Notes: generated from the letters alone by a model not told the origin. A DNA stretch of 64,000 bases from the human T2T-CHM13v2.0 reference genome, Homo sapiens (GCF_009914755.1 NC_060931.1), one strand, 5' to 3'; shown: positions 1-19,980, counted from the stretch's first letter. Program-made: numbers and translations.

Positions 1-192
1 TCCTGTCCCACATTGTAGATGTTCAGTTGCTGTCAGCCCAATTATAAGCTATGTGAGGACAAACACCATGTTTGTTTCTCTCACATTTATATGGGCACAG
101 AAGATGTTTCCTAGTTGTTGAAAGACAACTAAAACATAGGTGCAGCAGGACCAAATAAGAGACACTATTAAAAAATAAAATTTAAAAATTAA

Positions 193-519
<327 letters not shown>

Positions 520-1466
520 TCATGTATTTTTAGGATCCATTTAAGCAATTTTACATTACTCGTAAAACATCTGAGATAATCATGGAAGCACACCAGAAAA
601 TGTGATTTTTCTTGAAAGAAGAGAGATTGATTTTGACTCATAAAATTAACTTGAAACACTTCTCCCGCAAATAGCTACTAAATTGCATTCAGAGAAATCT
701 CTTTGGGAAACCATTACTATGTGCACTTCATCGTTAGGTAATTAGCTTGATGTTAGCTTGTTCAATTCATGCCTTATATCCTTTGCCTTGAATAACACTT
801 TATTTAAGAAGCTCTTGCTCCAAAGAAACCAACTGTATGATGCCATTATCAGTCATTTACTTTTTTGTAGCAGTAAAAAAGAAGAAATCAAACTGCTATG
901 AAAGCTAAAGAACCATTTCATTTCGCTTTTAATTTCCCATTCTTTGAAATGGGATGAAGAAACTTCATTTAGTGTATACTTATAAAGACTTGCTAATGCT
1001 TTAAGGAAAACCATTTTATCTGCATGTCACTATTCAATATCTTATTTCTTATTTTTCATGTGATTTTTGCGTATGTTTTCCTAATTTAAAAAACTATATT
1101 AATCTGCCTTTAACAAGTTATTTTCAGTTAAAAGTAATAATCTTTTTGGATGTAGCTGGAGGGAAGGAATTAATACTTCAGAGAAGTTAGATCATGTTTA
1201 TTTTAAATAGTGAGTAATAAAATTTTCATTAATGTGTTTAAAAATAACCTTCACATGTACCCCATAAATTTGTACAAATATAATACATCAAAAAAATAAA
1301 AATAACAACTACCCAGACAAATTTAATTCAAAATTTTTTTGGCCATTCCCTTAGGAAACCAACTTTCTGTTTAGTGAAAAAGACCACTATAGTATGGAGC
1401 CTTTATCACTAGAATGCAGTTGAAAATAGAGGCCTTGTTTTTTGTTTGTTTGTTTTTTGTAGTTAA

Positions 1467-1679
<213 letters not shown>

Positions 1680-2719
1680 TAACTTAACTTAGATTGTGCC
1701 TGTTCAGGGTTTGCAGCAATTAGCAAATTCTATGTGTTCTGGGTGACAAGATATTTTATTTTGGCAGTCATTTGCTTTTTTACAGTACTTGGTTTTGTAC
1801 AGAATTTGTTATACAGTATTATTATAGTAAGAGAAAAATCACCTGAACATCTCAATTTGTGGGCCTTGGGGCTAGCATGAAAAAAAATGTTTAGCAGAGC
1901 ACTTGGAAAATAGATCTTGGTTTGCATTGTGCCTCACCAATCTGACTCAACAGTATGTACTACTTTGGGGGAGACAGCATTGGACCCACAGAAAGCAAGC
2001 CATCTGGGTTTCAGACTCTTCTGTATTACCCATAGCAGTGGAATAAGGCCTTGCATATAAGCACTTTGTAAATATTTGCCTGGAGAAGTGAGTGCGTGAA
2101 AACTTGCCAACAGTAGCTGCTGTCCACTAGTGGAATGAGTTGCCTCAGGGAGCAGTGAGCTTCCTGGCCCTGAAAATACTCCTGGCAAGGTTGGACGATA
2201 GCTTGTCAGCCACTTTGCAGAGAAGACCTCTGCAGTGTATGGAGATGGGGCTAGATGTTTTCTAAGGTCCTTGCAAACACTAAAATGATTACGTGTACTC
2301 TACGGGGTTCACAAATTTCAGTGGGTAAGGATACATTAAAATCCCCTCAACGTGTCATTACTTTGGTTAATTCAGAGGGGAATGTCTTTGCCATTCTTTA
2401 GTGTCAATTATGAATATTGTTTTTAGTACTGTAGATTTAGAGGTATGAGGTACTGGGCTGAATTTTTGCTGACCCAGTAAGTATGTTGGACAGATTTTGA
2501 ATAACTCCATTATCATCATCTTGACATTAACCCATTAAAAAATAACCAAGATCTCATTCTGAGTATTTGAAATTGTTTTGAAAGCAAGATAAAATAGTTT
2601 GTGTTGGGTGTCAAATATTTTTCAGTAGAGTGAGTCAATGGAAACCGATATCTTGGCTTTGAAGAGTATTAATGTGTGTTTTCTTTTCTTCCTCCATGCT
2701 TGCTTATTGGTTGGTTTAG

Positions 2720-2908
<189 letters not shown>

Positions 2909-3834
2909 TGATTTTCACATTGTTAACTTAGAAGCACAGGTACCAAATGAATTTTTGTGCACTTTATGTCACAGAGGAACAAAGGGAAAAGAAAAGAGAT
3001 CTTTTCCTGAGCAAAACAGAAAAAGCAGTTGCCTCCTGCCTTTTTATAAGTGTCCTAAGGAGCTCGTTGTAGTCTTAGATAGCTGAGAGACAGAGTTAGT
3101 GTATGATGGGACAGTGCGGATGTGTACACTGCTGTACAGTGTATTGGCAGCATTACTGGCAATATCCTGGAGTGGATCTAAGGCACATTGGCCTCTCCTT
3201 CCTGGCAAGAGTCCCAGCAAACATTGGAAATGGTGGAGAGGTTGAATAAAGAAAGTCATAGTGCTCTTAGCTCAATGAGCTATGTAGTAGCTTTGGGGAA
3301 TATACTAGTTGATTCTGATCTCTGGCTTAAGAACTACCTTCCTCAAATGTTATGTATTTAACTCAAAATTCACAGACGATCTCCAGGTACCCTCCTGCCC
3401 CTGTGCCCTGTCACCCCTCCAGCCTCCACCACCAAACATGAACATCAGTATTGAAGCGGAGGGACGAAAGGCATTTGCATATAGGAGATGCTGTCTATAT
3501 TGGTGGCAGGAGGAAATGTGGCATCTAAAACAAGGCTGAGAGTCTTTTGGCATTTCTCTTATTGGGTGTTAGAGAGGCTTCCTCGCCTACATAGAAAGAG
3601 ACTTTAGTCCAGGGGTCACTGGTTCCAGTATACCCTTGGTTCAGTTTTTACTTTTCAGAATGGCTTTCTTTTTATGGATTTTTAAAAATTAAAAATCAAA
3701 ATTAGTCATATTTTAAAAAGTAATGACTACTTTTTTTAAAACAAAAAGGAAAAAATAATTCTGAAGACTATTATGTAGAAAATTAAACTTCCAGTTATAT
3801 GCCTCTCCCCAGGTGTTTTATGTCTCTTCTCTGT

Positions 3835-3957
3835 ATTGAGCAAACATTTTCTATAAAGGACCAGATGGTAAATATTTTTAGCTTTATGAGTCTCTGTCAC
3901 ATAACTTTGTTGTTTTTTACAGCTTGTAAAAAACAGCTTTTAAAAAATGTCCAAACT
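3835..3957 (+). mobile_element. MER58-like hAT-Charlie fragment, interrupted by the following Alu
   Basis: GCAAACATTTTCTATAAAGGACCAGATGGTAAATATTTT resembles MER58 5' end. Confidence 0.5.
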
Positions 3958-4259
3958 GGCTGGGTGTGGTGGCTCATGCTTGTAATCCTAGCACTTTGGG
4001 AGGCCGAGGTGGGAAGATTGCTTGAGCTCAGAAATTTGAGACCAGCCTGGGCAACATAGCAAGACCCTGTCTCTACAAAAAATACAAAAATTAGCCAGGT
4101 GTGATAGCACGCCCCTGTAGTTTCAGCTACTTGGGAGGCTGAGGTGGGAAGATCACATGAGCCCGGGAGGTTGAGGCTGTAGTGAGCCATGATTGCACCA
4201 CTGAACTCAAGCCTGGGTGACAGAGTGAGGCCCTGTCTCAAACAAACAGACGAAAAAAG
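3958..4259 (+). mobile_element. Alu (AluJ-like)
   Basis: Two-arm Alu with GATTGCTTGAGC and GAGGCTGTAGTGAGCCATGA J-type motifs; degenerate tail. Confidence 0.9.
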
Positions 4260-5291
4260 ATCATGCTTAGCTCCATGGTCTTGGGTATGTCTGCCTTCTC
4301 TAGATGATTTTTCTACGTGTTCTAACACATGCATGCATAAATGCATAATAATATGCATATGTTTATAAATGGCTATTAATGATGTTGTTTTTAATATATT
4401 CTTTTTCCCTTGTGGAATTAGAAAGAATTACTGTAATCTGTTAGGATTTTCTTAGCAAGCTTGCTTGACATATGTCAAAATGATAATAGTAATTATTTTT
4501 AGGATTATGGGTGATCATTAATTTCTTTACACTTTTTAGATTTTCTGGGACTTCTTTTTATTTTCAGATCAAACCAATAAAATGTTTTTCCTTTTGTATG
4601 AGAAAAGATTATTACTTTTCTTTTTGTTTCATACCCAGCTCCTTCTCTTAGTTTGCTCTGATTCTGATTTCAGATTAAACCAGATGTTGTTCTTGCTGTC
4701 TCAGTTAAGTAATTTGCTTAAGTCTCACAGCCAGTGAGTGGTGAGGCTGGGATATAAACCTGGCTGTCTGACACCAGACTCATGCTCTTAACAGTTATGC
4801 TGTACTGCTTTATAAACCCCACTGGATGCCTGCTCGTCCTTATCTAAGTGCCATTGTGAGGGTTAGGGATCAGAAAATGGAAAGTCACTGGAAAACAGGG
4901 CTAAATGAAACAAGAAGCTCCAGAGTCCCAGAGGCTCTTAAGGAGAGGGGAGAACTCCCTTAGAGAGTTTAATACTTTTTGTGTACTTTATATATTTTTT
5001 TAATAAAAAAATTTACCGTTGCAGTTAATGCCACACCAATTCTCTTTCCATCCAGAGAAGTAACCACTATCCCAATGTTGTTATTCTCAGGCACGTTTTT
5101 GTAATTTTACCTTTCAGTACATAAATGTTAGTTGACATCTGCAGTAAATTATAACCACCAAACTATATGGTTAAGAACATAAGTATACTTAACCAGTCGA
5201 CATGTATAGGGAATGTCAGATTGCCAGGTTACATGTTTTTAGGCTTTGTTCTTTAATTCCTTTTGTTGTTGTTTTGTGTTGGAGTTTCTGA

Positions 5292-5755
<464 letters not shown>

Positions 5756-5844
5756 TGAGAAGGACTAACTAGGTATCTACCAAAATAAGCTCTTTACAAA
5801 CTCTTGTTCTTATTGAAATAACGGGTTCTTAAGAGTTTGTCATA

Positions 5845-6187
5845 GTTGGGGTTTCTATAAGAAAGCACCACATACAGAGTGGCTTATAAACAATGGACAT
5901 TGATTTCTCACCGTTCTGGAGGCTGGAATTGAGAGATCAGGGTGCCAGCATCGTCTGATCCTTGTGAGGGCCCCATTCTCAGTCGCATACTGCCAACTTC
6001 TTGTTGTATCCTCACATGGTGAAAGAGGGCAAGAGAGCTCTCTGGGGTCCCAAATTCCAGTGATTAGGGCTCCATCCTCATGACCTAATCACCTCCCAAA
6101 GGCACCTCCTCCTAATACCATCACATTGGGAGTTAGGATTTCAATATACGAATTTTGTCAAGGACACAAGCATTCAATTCATTGCAG
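5845..6187. mobile_element. MaLR (MLT1/MST-type) solo LTR
   Basis: TTTCTCACCGTTCTGGAGGCTGG...ATGACCTAATCACCTCCCAAAGG...TTAGGATTTCAA motifs typical of MLT1/MST LTRs. Confidence 0.7.
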
Positions 6188-6647
6188 GTTCTTTGAAAAT
6201 AATTTAAATTTTGCTTTTTAAAAGTATCTTATGTGTGTATTTATAAGAAAGGGAACCTGGCATCAATGTGATCATAATGCTCTTATATAATTTTATTGTG
6301 TGACCTGAACTTTACCCACTCTTATACTGAGTTTTCTTTTGTTCAGTGAAGAAAGTGAATTGAATCCAAATGCCCACATTTATGGCCAGCTGAAGTATGT
6401 GTTTAGTCAGCCATCTGATATCAAGTTGTGAGAACACTAGGTACTTCATCTAAAGAATAGTGGTTTCTGCCAAATTCATTTTGATTTCTGTTCACAAATT
6501 TGAACCAAATTTACAGGCTTTGTCTAGGTTCACATTTAATTTCCATAATTAAATTCCAGAATATGTTAGTTTACCCCACAGACTCAGTATAACAATATAA
6601 ATCCATCCAGAAAGGAAGACTACTTTGTGTACAGTGTGAATTATATA

Positions 6648-6792
6648 TTTTTTTCTTTCTTTTTTTTTTTTTTTTTAAGATAGGGTCTCACTGTGTTGCC
6701 CAGATTGGTCTCAAACTCCTGGCCTCAAGTGATCCTTCCACCTCAGCGTCCCAAGTACCTGGGATTACAGGCATGAGCCATCACACCCAGAT
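6648..6792 (-). mobile_element. Alu monomer (FLAM-like), antisense
   Basis: Poly(T) plus a single left-arm unit; TSD CAGTGTGAATTATAT on both sides. Confidence 0.85.
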
Positions 6793-6997
6793 CAGTGTGA
6801 ATTATATTTTATAGGCTTATTAGCTGCCTGATATATGAGGCTATTCCCATTTCAAATATTTATGAAATTTGAATGAAGATTATATCATCGAATTATCATT
6901 GAATATATGAAAGGTTTATAATCTGCCTGCATTTGTGAATGAACCCAATATAAGTAATAATAAGTAAGTAATGTTTTTATTGATTATATCTTTTTAG

Positions 6998-8068
<1,071 letters not shown>

Positions 8069-8423
8069 TAAGATATCAGATGTTTACTCTTCCATGGGCT
8101 CCAGTCAGTTGTGTCATCTGCCAGGTTCTGAAAGGATGAGATTAATTTCTTAAGATTTTTTGCAGGTAAGTACTGTATCTTGGCTGCATTTAAAAGACTG
8201 TCTTTGCCGAGATTTTGGCATTATAACCTGAAAAAAGATTTGAAATAGAATATACTTTTTTTTTTTCCTAGTAACTGTCTTAAACAAAGAGACTTGTCCA
8301 GCCAGGCTGAGGAAGGAAGGGTTAGAAACTACATCTACTATCTCTCAGGTCACTTCTCTCTCCTTTTTGGAGGTTTAGAATACTCTCTGTAATTGTTTAA
8401 GCATGAATATAAACAATAGAGAA

Positions 8424-10350
<1,927 letters not shown>

Positions 10351-10479
10351 CTCTTGCAAGTTGAAGATACCTGTTTCAGAAAAATTTAAAAACATTTCTC
10401 GTCTTCCAGAATTAACATCTATTTATACTAAAACAATATCAAATCCCATTAAAATGGACTAAGTTATATTACTAGTTAA

Positions 10480-10848
<369 letters not shown>

Positions 10849-11838
10849 CAATTGCAACTCTTTTATAACTGTTAACTATGATACACTTAGACTGTGCTCA
10901 CAGAGAGAATGCATGTGACACTGTGTATGTAATGGAACCTTGAATGCATGCACACACAGACTTCAGACAGTATAGTAAAAACGGAAGAATTCAGTGAACA
11001 CCAGTCAGATGAGGCATGAGATTATCACAGGTGGAAACTAGCAAAATACAGTTATAACATATGCCAACTATCCAGCTTCTGAGACAACCACATGAGGGCT
11101 CTCTATCCTAGCACTGAATTGCTTGGGAGGGAGGAGAAATCCAAATGGATATTCAAAATGTGAGGAAATACCTCCTAAGCTGAAATACAGGTATTACATG
11201 AAGCTCTTTATAAAGATGAATTCTTATAACCTGAAACTGAATGGGCATATCTCAGGACACAAATACATGGCAGCCAGTGATTTTGAGGGGGATAATATTT
11301 TATATTGCCATATGAAACAGAAACATTAAACTTCTTTTAAACTGATCTTCATCAACACAAATGTCCAAATTTATTTTGAAAATAGTGTGGGTATTGGATT
11401 GTAAAATTACTTCTGTAAGATGGCATGCTGGTTCATTTGTACATTTGTTGGGACAGTAATGAGAACCCTTGTGTTTTTACCAGCAGGCCTATTTCTGACA
11501 AAGTTGTTATTATTCTAAAACTGAATTTTCAAAAAGTTGTTTTTGGTTTTACCTTGATTCAAAACCAAAGGAATTTGTCATTAAGTCACTTGTGGAGTTT
11601 TATAAAACTAGTCAAAATTTGGTGTATGTCCTCAGAGTACTTTTTGGTGCCATTGTTAGACTAATGCTTAATTTGGTGTTTCTTATGAAATAATTTAAAT
11701 TTGACATCACTTATTATATCTGGAGAGTTGATCAAGTTATAAAAAGAAAAAACAACTTAGCAATCTACAAAATTCCTTTAAATTAAGGCACAGGGTGCCT
11801 GTTTGAACTAATACAAAATGTGTTTTGTTTCTTCGTAG

Positions 11839-11924
11839 GGAATTCACAATTGAAACTGAAGGGAAAACATTTCAGTTAACAAAAGACATGATCAATGTGA
11901 AGAGATTCCAGAAAACACTATATG
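11839..11924 (+). CDS. GARS1: GARS1 exon 13 (86 nt; [28 protein letters not shown])
   Basis: cgtag| acceptor, |gtaaat donor; phase matches flanking exons. Confidence 0.96.
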
Positions 11925-11971
11925 GTAAATTTGTAAAAATAATAAACAAAAAGTCACTGCTCCTTAAAGCT

Positions 11972-12255
11972 TTTGTTGTTGTTTGAGACAGGGTCTTGCT
12001 CTGTCACCCAGGCTGGAGTGCAGTGGCACAACCTCTGCCTCCCCGGCTCAAGCGTTCCTCCCTCCTGTCTCAGCCTCCGAATTAGCTGGGACTACAGGTG
12101 CAGGCTACCATATCCAACTAATTTTTGTATTTTTTGTAGAGATGAGGTTTTTGCCATGTTGCCCAGGCTGATCTTGAACTCCTAGGCTCAAGCAGTCCAC
12201 CTGCCTTCGCGTCCCAAAGTGCTGAGATTACAGGCATGAGTGACCACGCCTGGCC
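11972..12255 (-). mobile_element. Alu (AluJ-like), antisense
   Basis: (TTG)n tail then GAGACAGGGTCTTGCTCTGTCACC...CGCCTGGCC. Confidence 0.9.
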
Positions 12256-12305
12256 CTCATTCCCTGTCTTCTTTGGCAAAATAACTTGTTAAAAAGTCAT
12301 TTAGG

Positions 12306-12632
<327 letters not shown>

Positions 12633-13749
12633 TTAAAAGTTAAGAAGATGTTTTTTTGTAGAACAAATTCTGTGAATTAGGCAATGAGTAATTTGGAGCA
12701 CGTATGAAGGATGCTGAAGTTTATTTGTGGCTGAATTGAAATTCCTGGAAACGGAGTAGTAATGGGTGTTTGAGAAGCTACTGCCAGTGGAAAGAGTGAG
12801 CATACCTTTCCTTTTGTTCTTGGCTTGTCTTGTAGCCAGGCTTCAGTGAGCAGTGTTAGGAGTAAGCGGGGGCTTCTCCATCACACTCTGGGGCTTTTCC
12901 GTCACAGTCTGGGGCTTTATAGCCATGATCCTGGCAGCTGGTTCAGAGCTGCACATCACCATTACTCAGATACCACAGAAGGATGGGAGGAAAATGCCTT
13001 GATCATGTTTCTAAAGTATTAACTCTTTATCATAGACAAACAGGCTCTCTTTTCCCATATGTGTGTGAGTTTTGGTACCAATGATCTCATTTCCCAAAAA
13101 ACATAAACTCTTCCAAAGTTATGACCAGTTATCTTAGACCTGGACATTGCTTAGCAGTGCTTCTTCCTTTCCACATAATAAGTAATAATTATCAGTATAT
13201 TTCCTGTGTATACCACGGGTGTTGTCTTACCCACATGAAGAGCTGTGAGCCCCTGTAAGATGTCTTTGATGGAGTGCTGTTCTTTGAGCAAACTCTCCCC
13301 TAAGGGCGTCCTGACCCCAGAACCTTGGTGATACAATGCCAGTAATTTGGTTCTGAACAAGTTCTTATCAAGATAACAAGCTAAAAAGTTAAACAAATAC
13401 AAACCATGTAATACTTTTTGCGTGTAGGAATTGTTTTTGTGAATTTTGCCAGCTGTGTTAGATTTTAAATTCTAGCAAAATCTTATTAAAAGCCTTAGAT
13501 TTTTTATGCTTTCTGGGTAGCCGAGGCAGGTAATAGAGATAAAGTGTAGCTGCTGCTATTCGTAGTTTGCTGACTGGTGAAGGAATATTCTAGTACCTCA
13601 GGTTTCATTTTTACACAGTATAAACAGAATTTGGTGAAAGGTTTTTTCACTCCAGCTTTCTCTTCAAAGGCATGTTTCCTATCAGCAAATAGTTTTTAGG
13701 TATGTTCTAGTTTCTTTGTTCTGATATACAGAGATAAAAATCCATCTAG

Positions 13750-14087
<338 letters not shown>

Positions 14088-14164
14088 TGAATTGTTTAGA
14101 GAGAATCTGAAATGCATTATGTGGTATTTGAGAGAATGTTATTGAATTTCTATCTCTTTTTCAG

Positions 14165-14274
14165 TGGAAGAAGTTGTTCCGAATGTAATTGAACCTTCCT
14201 TCGGCCTGGGTAGGATCATGTATACGGTATTTGAACATACATTCCATGTACGAGAAGGAGATGAACAGAGAACA
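14165..14274 (+). CDS. GARS1: GARS1 exon 14 (110 nt; [19 protein letters not shown]...DEQRT), class II motif 3
   Basis: tttcag| acceptor, |gtaagt donor; IEPSFGLGR motif 3. Confidence 0.97.
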
Positions 14275-16086
14275 GTAAGTTGTTGTGTACAGTGTGCTGT
14301 TATAGTGTCAGAAAATAAAAATTTTCTGAATTACATTGTGAAGTACATTAATAAGACTCTAGAATGGTCAATTAGTTATTACTATAATCTAGTGCTATTA
14401 ACACTCATCTTTGCTTAAGTATGTATAGACAAACCAGTTTCCTGTGTTATCTTATTTGAGCTTTAGGTTATTCTAGAAGCTATTGTTTTAGTTGCCTGGT
14501 GCTCTCTATTCTTAGACTGAACCTATTACTTTGGGGAACAATCTATATTATGTCAATGGAAGGAATGGTACTTTCTGGATATGCTGTGTTTCAGAAAATT
14601 GGGAAGGATGAGATAACTCCTAGAATTTAGCCAGACCACTAAGCTGTATCTGTACTCTGGTAAAGTATCAAAGGGAACCCTCTCAAACTGCATGAAATTG
14701 TCTGGGGTACTTTTGGGGTAAAGATGTGAATTCCTAGGTTCTACTCTGGAGATGCTGATTCACTAGGTCTGAGACCCAGGGATCTGGGGTTTTTTTAAAA
14801 AAAATAAGAATCCTGAGTGATTTCACTGTGAAAGCTTGACAGATCATAAATGGGATAATAGTTGTCTGGGATATAGCCTTTCCTAGCATTCAAGTATTGC
14901 TGAAGATAGAAGTTTATAAGAAGTCTTCATCAGCTCCCACAAATTTTCTTTTCGGTCTGATGCTTCTGAATCACTGCTCCTTGCCTTCTTCCTCTTTATC
15001 TCCTTGCCTTACTTCACCATTTTTACCTCACCTCTGCCTGCAGAAGTTACACTCCTGGGCAGATTACTAGGAAAGCCAACCAGAAGAATGGCTAGAAAGG
15101 AGAGGTTGTATATGTCAGGTTAATTGAAAGAAACAGCGTCATCCACTTGGCCATTCTAAAGCTTGAGTGTACGTAATGTTAGACATCAACCGTGTGGTTC
15201 TTTCTAGGACATTTAACCTCAAAGAATGAACTAGTGAGTTCTCGGCACCAGTACTTTAGTCTGACACACTATTGTAATACATAGCTAATAAAGTTAGTAT
15301 GGTACTCTCTGCCCTAAAGTTGCATCTTCATTTCCCAACCTTGAAGGAGCAGCCCTATTCATTCAACAGATTGTAAGAACCTGGGCTAGGCCCCAGGTGC
15401 GCAAACATAAGGCTTGGTTCTTTTTGAGAAATGATGACAAACATAACTGCATGTGTTCTTTTTAGATGTCAAGTCTGCTTCAAGCTTTGTCTGCTTATTT
15501 TTCTAATAAAAAGGTTTTAGAAAATCTTTTAGCTGTTCCTTTGAATCTAACAATATTAATATAACTAGAGCTTTAATAGAAATTTCGTAAGGGCTAAACA
15601 AGAATAAATTAGTCACAGTGTTTTATGAATTGCATGAATTCCCATCATGAAGAGAAATTTGATTAGGCTGTGGGAAGCCAAAAATGTTTCTAAATTATTA
15701 GCACCTAGTTCCTCAATCCATTTGCCTATAAATTTGGTATAAAAACATTGCTAGTGAAATTTTAAAAATTATTTTTCTATAAAGGCAGGTCCCTGTTACT
15801 CTCTTATATTAAATAGAAATATCACAAGATGGAGGAAGGGAATAGAATTCTGAACCTTCTGTGATGTGAGCAGCCATATTGGTGGAATACAGGCCTTACT
15901 TAGAGTGGGATATTCATTGCTTGGCAATAAAGGTTAATTGAACTTTGGGTGAGAGGCTAAACTGGAACCTGTGTCATTCATTATTTTTATGGGACAAATT
16001 TATTCTGTGTTTTTGCCTTCAAGTGAACCTTTTGTACAAGTATTAAGAACTGCCTTCAGTTCCCATTTCCAACCTAAAGTGGTTGA

Positions 16087-16414
<328 letters not shown>

Positions 16415-16709
16415 TTATTTTTGCTTTCTTTGATTTCTGAGTTACTCAGAAACTATTTCAGGGCAGTTTAAGAAGGCTGTACTTTTTAGTGTAGGTATAT
16501 GGAACATCTTTTTTTGTTTTGTACTATTTCTTTTGGACATATGTTTGTGAGCTAATTAAACTTTTCTGTTTCACTTGGTCACTGAGGTTCATAGGTTTTT
16601 CTCTTAAAAGACAGAATGGGCTTTGGTTTGGGTCACTGCCACTTGTTTGAATATTTAGGTAGTCTCCACAGAAAGTCTTTTATGTGGAACCAAAAAATTA
16701 CCGTCTTTT

Positions 16710-16890
16710 ATATACAGTAGCTTTCAGAATGCTTTCACATCATTTGACTTTTTTAGTAACGGGCTTGTGAAGCAAGCAGAGCAGGTGGTAGAGACCTGCT
16801 TTTTAGGTGGAGAAACTAAGGTTCAGAAAGAGTTCATGACTTGGCCTAAATTCGGAGCTGAAACCAGGTGTTTCTGATGCTGGTTCTGCT
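16710..16890. mobile_element. MIR fragment
   Basis: MIR core-like TTTTAGGTGGAGAAACTAAGGTTCAGAAAG. Confidence 0.5.
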
Positions 16891-17052
16891 TCTCTTTTGC
16901 CATACTGCTTTTCATGTCATGTTTTCTGGCATTTTGGTAATGACGTTATGCTTGAACACTTGCTGAATATTAACCTCTTTTGGTTTGGGATATTAGCATT
17001 TAGATATTTACAAATTAACATATTTGGATTTTTTTCTTTTTAAATCATCCAG

Positions 17053-17146
17053 TTCTTCAGTTTCCCTGCTGTAGTTGCTCCATTCAAATGTTCCGTCCTC
17101 CCACTGAGCCAAAACCAGGAGTTCATGCCATTTGTCAAGGAATTAT
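17053..17146 (+). CDS. GARS1: GARS1 exon 15 (94 nt; [31 protein letters not shown])
   Basis: tccag| acceptor, |gtaagc donor. Confidence 0.96.
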
Positions 17147-17808
17147 GTAAGCAAATTCAATTGGGTAAACTCCATGGGAACACCATCAAGGAGACTGAAT
17201 TTTAGGAAATGTATCATTTATTTCAATAAAAATATAGACTGAATAAAGAATATAAATGATTTTATAAAGAGTACATGATTTTAGCCTGTACTCTTATTTC
17301 TAAGCGAGAGGATATGCTTGCTCAGATGTTTTATTCTGGCATTTGAGTGAGGCAAGGTAGGACCCAAGAGTCAGATTTAAAAATTATTTACTTCTCATAC
17401 TGACCTTGGTGCCAAGTTCATCGAGGGAACCTGAGTGGAGTGTAGCAACCATAATGGATCTACAGCCACAGAATCCACAGCCCTGAAAGGAATCCTGGTG
17501 GTCATCTGGCACATCCACTTATTTCAGAGCTGGGAAATGGGGAGAGTCCATTGACCTGCTTAGAGCCATAAAAATAGAGGTGGTGGAGTCAGGACTCACC
17601 TTCTGGCCTTGGCTCTTGGTCCCATATTTGTTCCCCCTATAGCTGTATCAGATGGAGGTATGAGTGAAGATTTGGATTCCCGCAAGGGATTTATTAAACT
17701 TTAGGGATATTTCTTTCTCTTGCAACTCAACTTGTTGCTTTCTTGTCTTGGTCCCATTTATAAGTCTCCTGAGCTTGTAAGACAGTAGTTAGATAACACT
17801 GGGCTTAA

Positions 17809-18114
<306 letters not shown>

Positions 18115-18771
18115 TGATGTGTTTATGCTCCCTTTCCTTTTTTTTTCTTTTTAATTTTAATGAACGGCTTGTATCAGACAGAGCCCAGATTCTCAAGTCC
18201 CCCGGTTTAATTATGAAAATATCCATTAGCACTTCTCTAATATTTTATAAACATTTGTGTTGCTCCAGGCTTATTCTCCAGCAGTTTGCTTTTATACTTG
18301 TTTGTTTATTGGGCAAGAGAAATATGATCCTAAGAATTTGTTGCCATAGTTTTATTGGTAGGCTTTGGAGGGTTAGACATTTTAATGTTTTATTTTTACA
18401 GACGCGTATACATGTGTATGTATAAGCTTTTCCGTGTTCATATATTCAAAACAGTGAATCATGTTTCAGTAGTTTTGGTCAATAGGAAGGCAGTAATGGA
18501 GATGGTAGAAGCACAGAAGGAGAAGGATGAGTGGTAAGGGAAAGGAAAGAGTAGCTGCTTTAATTGACATCTGCCTGCCTAATTTATCACCTTTGAGCAC
18601 ATACATCAAGTGCCTGTTCTGTGCTTAGCTTGATACAGAAGTAATAGGGAAAACAGAAGCAAAAGACTGCTTTTTTTTCTGAAGGAGTTTATAGTCTAAT
18701 CCAGAAGTCGTGAATTTCTAGCTTGACTTTTTAGAGACCATCTGGCTACTCTGGAGCTGTGTCCCCATCTG

Positions 18772-18971
18772 GGTGTGGTTCTCAAAAGTGTGGTCCCTAG
18801 ACCAGCAGCATCAGTATCCCCTGGAAATGTATGAGATAAGCAAAACCTCCACCCCAGACCTACTGCATCATAAACTGGGGGTGGAGAGGCAGAGGGGGCA
18901 GGCAGAACTTTCTTAGTTTTAGCAAGACCTCCAGATGATTCTGACGTGCACTCAAGTTTGAGAACCATTGC
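18772..18971. mobile_element. MER5A-like hAT-Charlie MITE
   Basis: Terminal inverted repeats GTGGTTCTCAAA ... TTTGAGAACCAT. Confidence 0.75.
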
Positions 18972-19339
18972 TGTGTGGCAGCCAGTGTTTGGTTTTGGCT
19001 GAGGAACAGTAGCCTTGGTCAGAGCTCTCCAGTTTGCCAGTCTTATGTAATTCCCTCACACGAGTTACTTGACTGAGTCCTGTTTGTTCTAATAGTTAAA
19101 TTTAATACACATGAAGTAACTTCAAGGGACATGGAGATTTAGAAAAGTTAGGAAAGGCTTTGTGGCAGAATTGAGTTGTCTGGGGGAACTGGTGGGCGTT
19201 TTGGGCTAGAAGAGCATGAACCCATGCCTGGCATGACATTGTTTGGCTCTGTGTAAGGTTTCCTGAGTTCAGGATGAATCTTCTTCTTAAAAATCTGAAC
19301 AAGTTGGTTGATACTTGGCTTCTCTTTCCTTGTTTCTAG

Positions 19340-19465
<126 letters not shown>

Positions 19466-19498
19466 GGACAATTTTGACAACTTTTGACCACTTGCGCT

Positions 19499-19616
19499 AA
19501 TAAAAAAAAAAAAAACTACTCTTATGTCCACTTTACAAAAGAAAACAGCATTGTGATTACTCCCAGGGACCGTATTTTATCTTCAGTGGCTGCCTGATTT
19601 TACCCCCACAATTAAA
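19499..19616 (+). terminator. GARS1: GARS1 polyadenylation signals: AATAAA (19499-19504) and ATTAAA (19611-19616)
   Basis: Hexamers in the short 3' UTR; GT/T-rich tract follows the ATTAAA (~19640-19670). Confidence 0.75.
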
Positions 19617-19739
19617 GTTGAAGGAATCCTGAACAAACTTGTGATCTATTTGCTTGTGTTTTTACATTTTCAGCAAGGCTGTTTCTCCCACGTTTGGGTA
19701 GACATGCTCATGGCTTAATGTTAAACACAGTTAACACTT

Positions 19740-19980
19740 TTTAAAAAATTAACAGCTTTATTGGGGTGTAATTTACATACCATAAAAATAGCCTGTCTTA
19801 AGTGTACAGTTCAATGATGTTTAGTATATTTACAGAGTTGTGCAACCACCACCACAAACCAATTTTAGAACATTTTCATCACTCCAAAATAAGTCTCATG
19901 CTCATTTACCTCACTCCCATTCTAACCTCAGCCCAGGCAACCACTCCTCTACTTTCTGTCTATTGATTTACCTTTTCTAT
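19740..19980 (-). mobile_element. Old L1 (L1MB-like) 3' end fragment
   Basis: CAGCTTTATTGGGGTGTAATTTACATACCATAAA...TTTAGTATATTTACAGAGTTGTGCAACCA. Confidence 0.7.
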
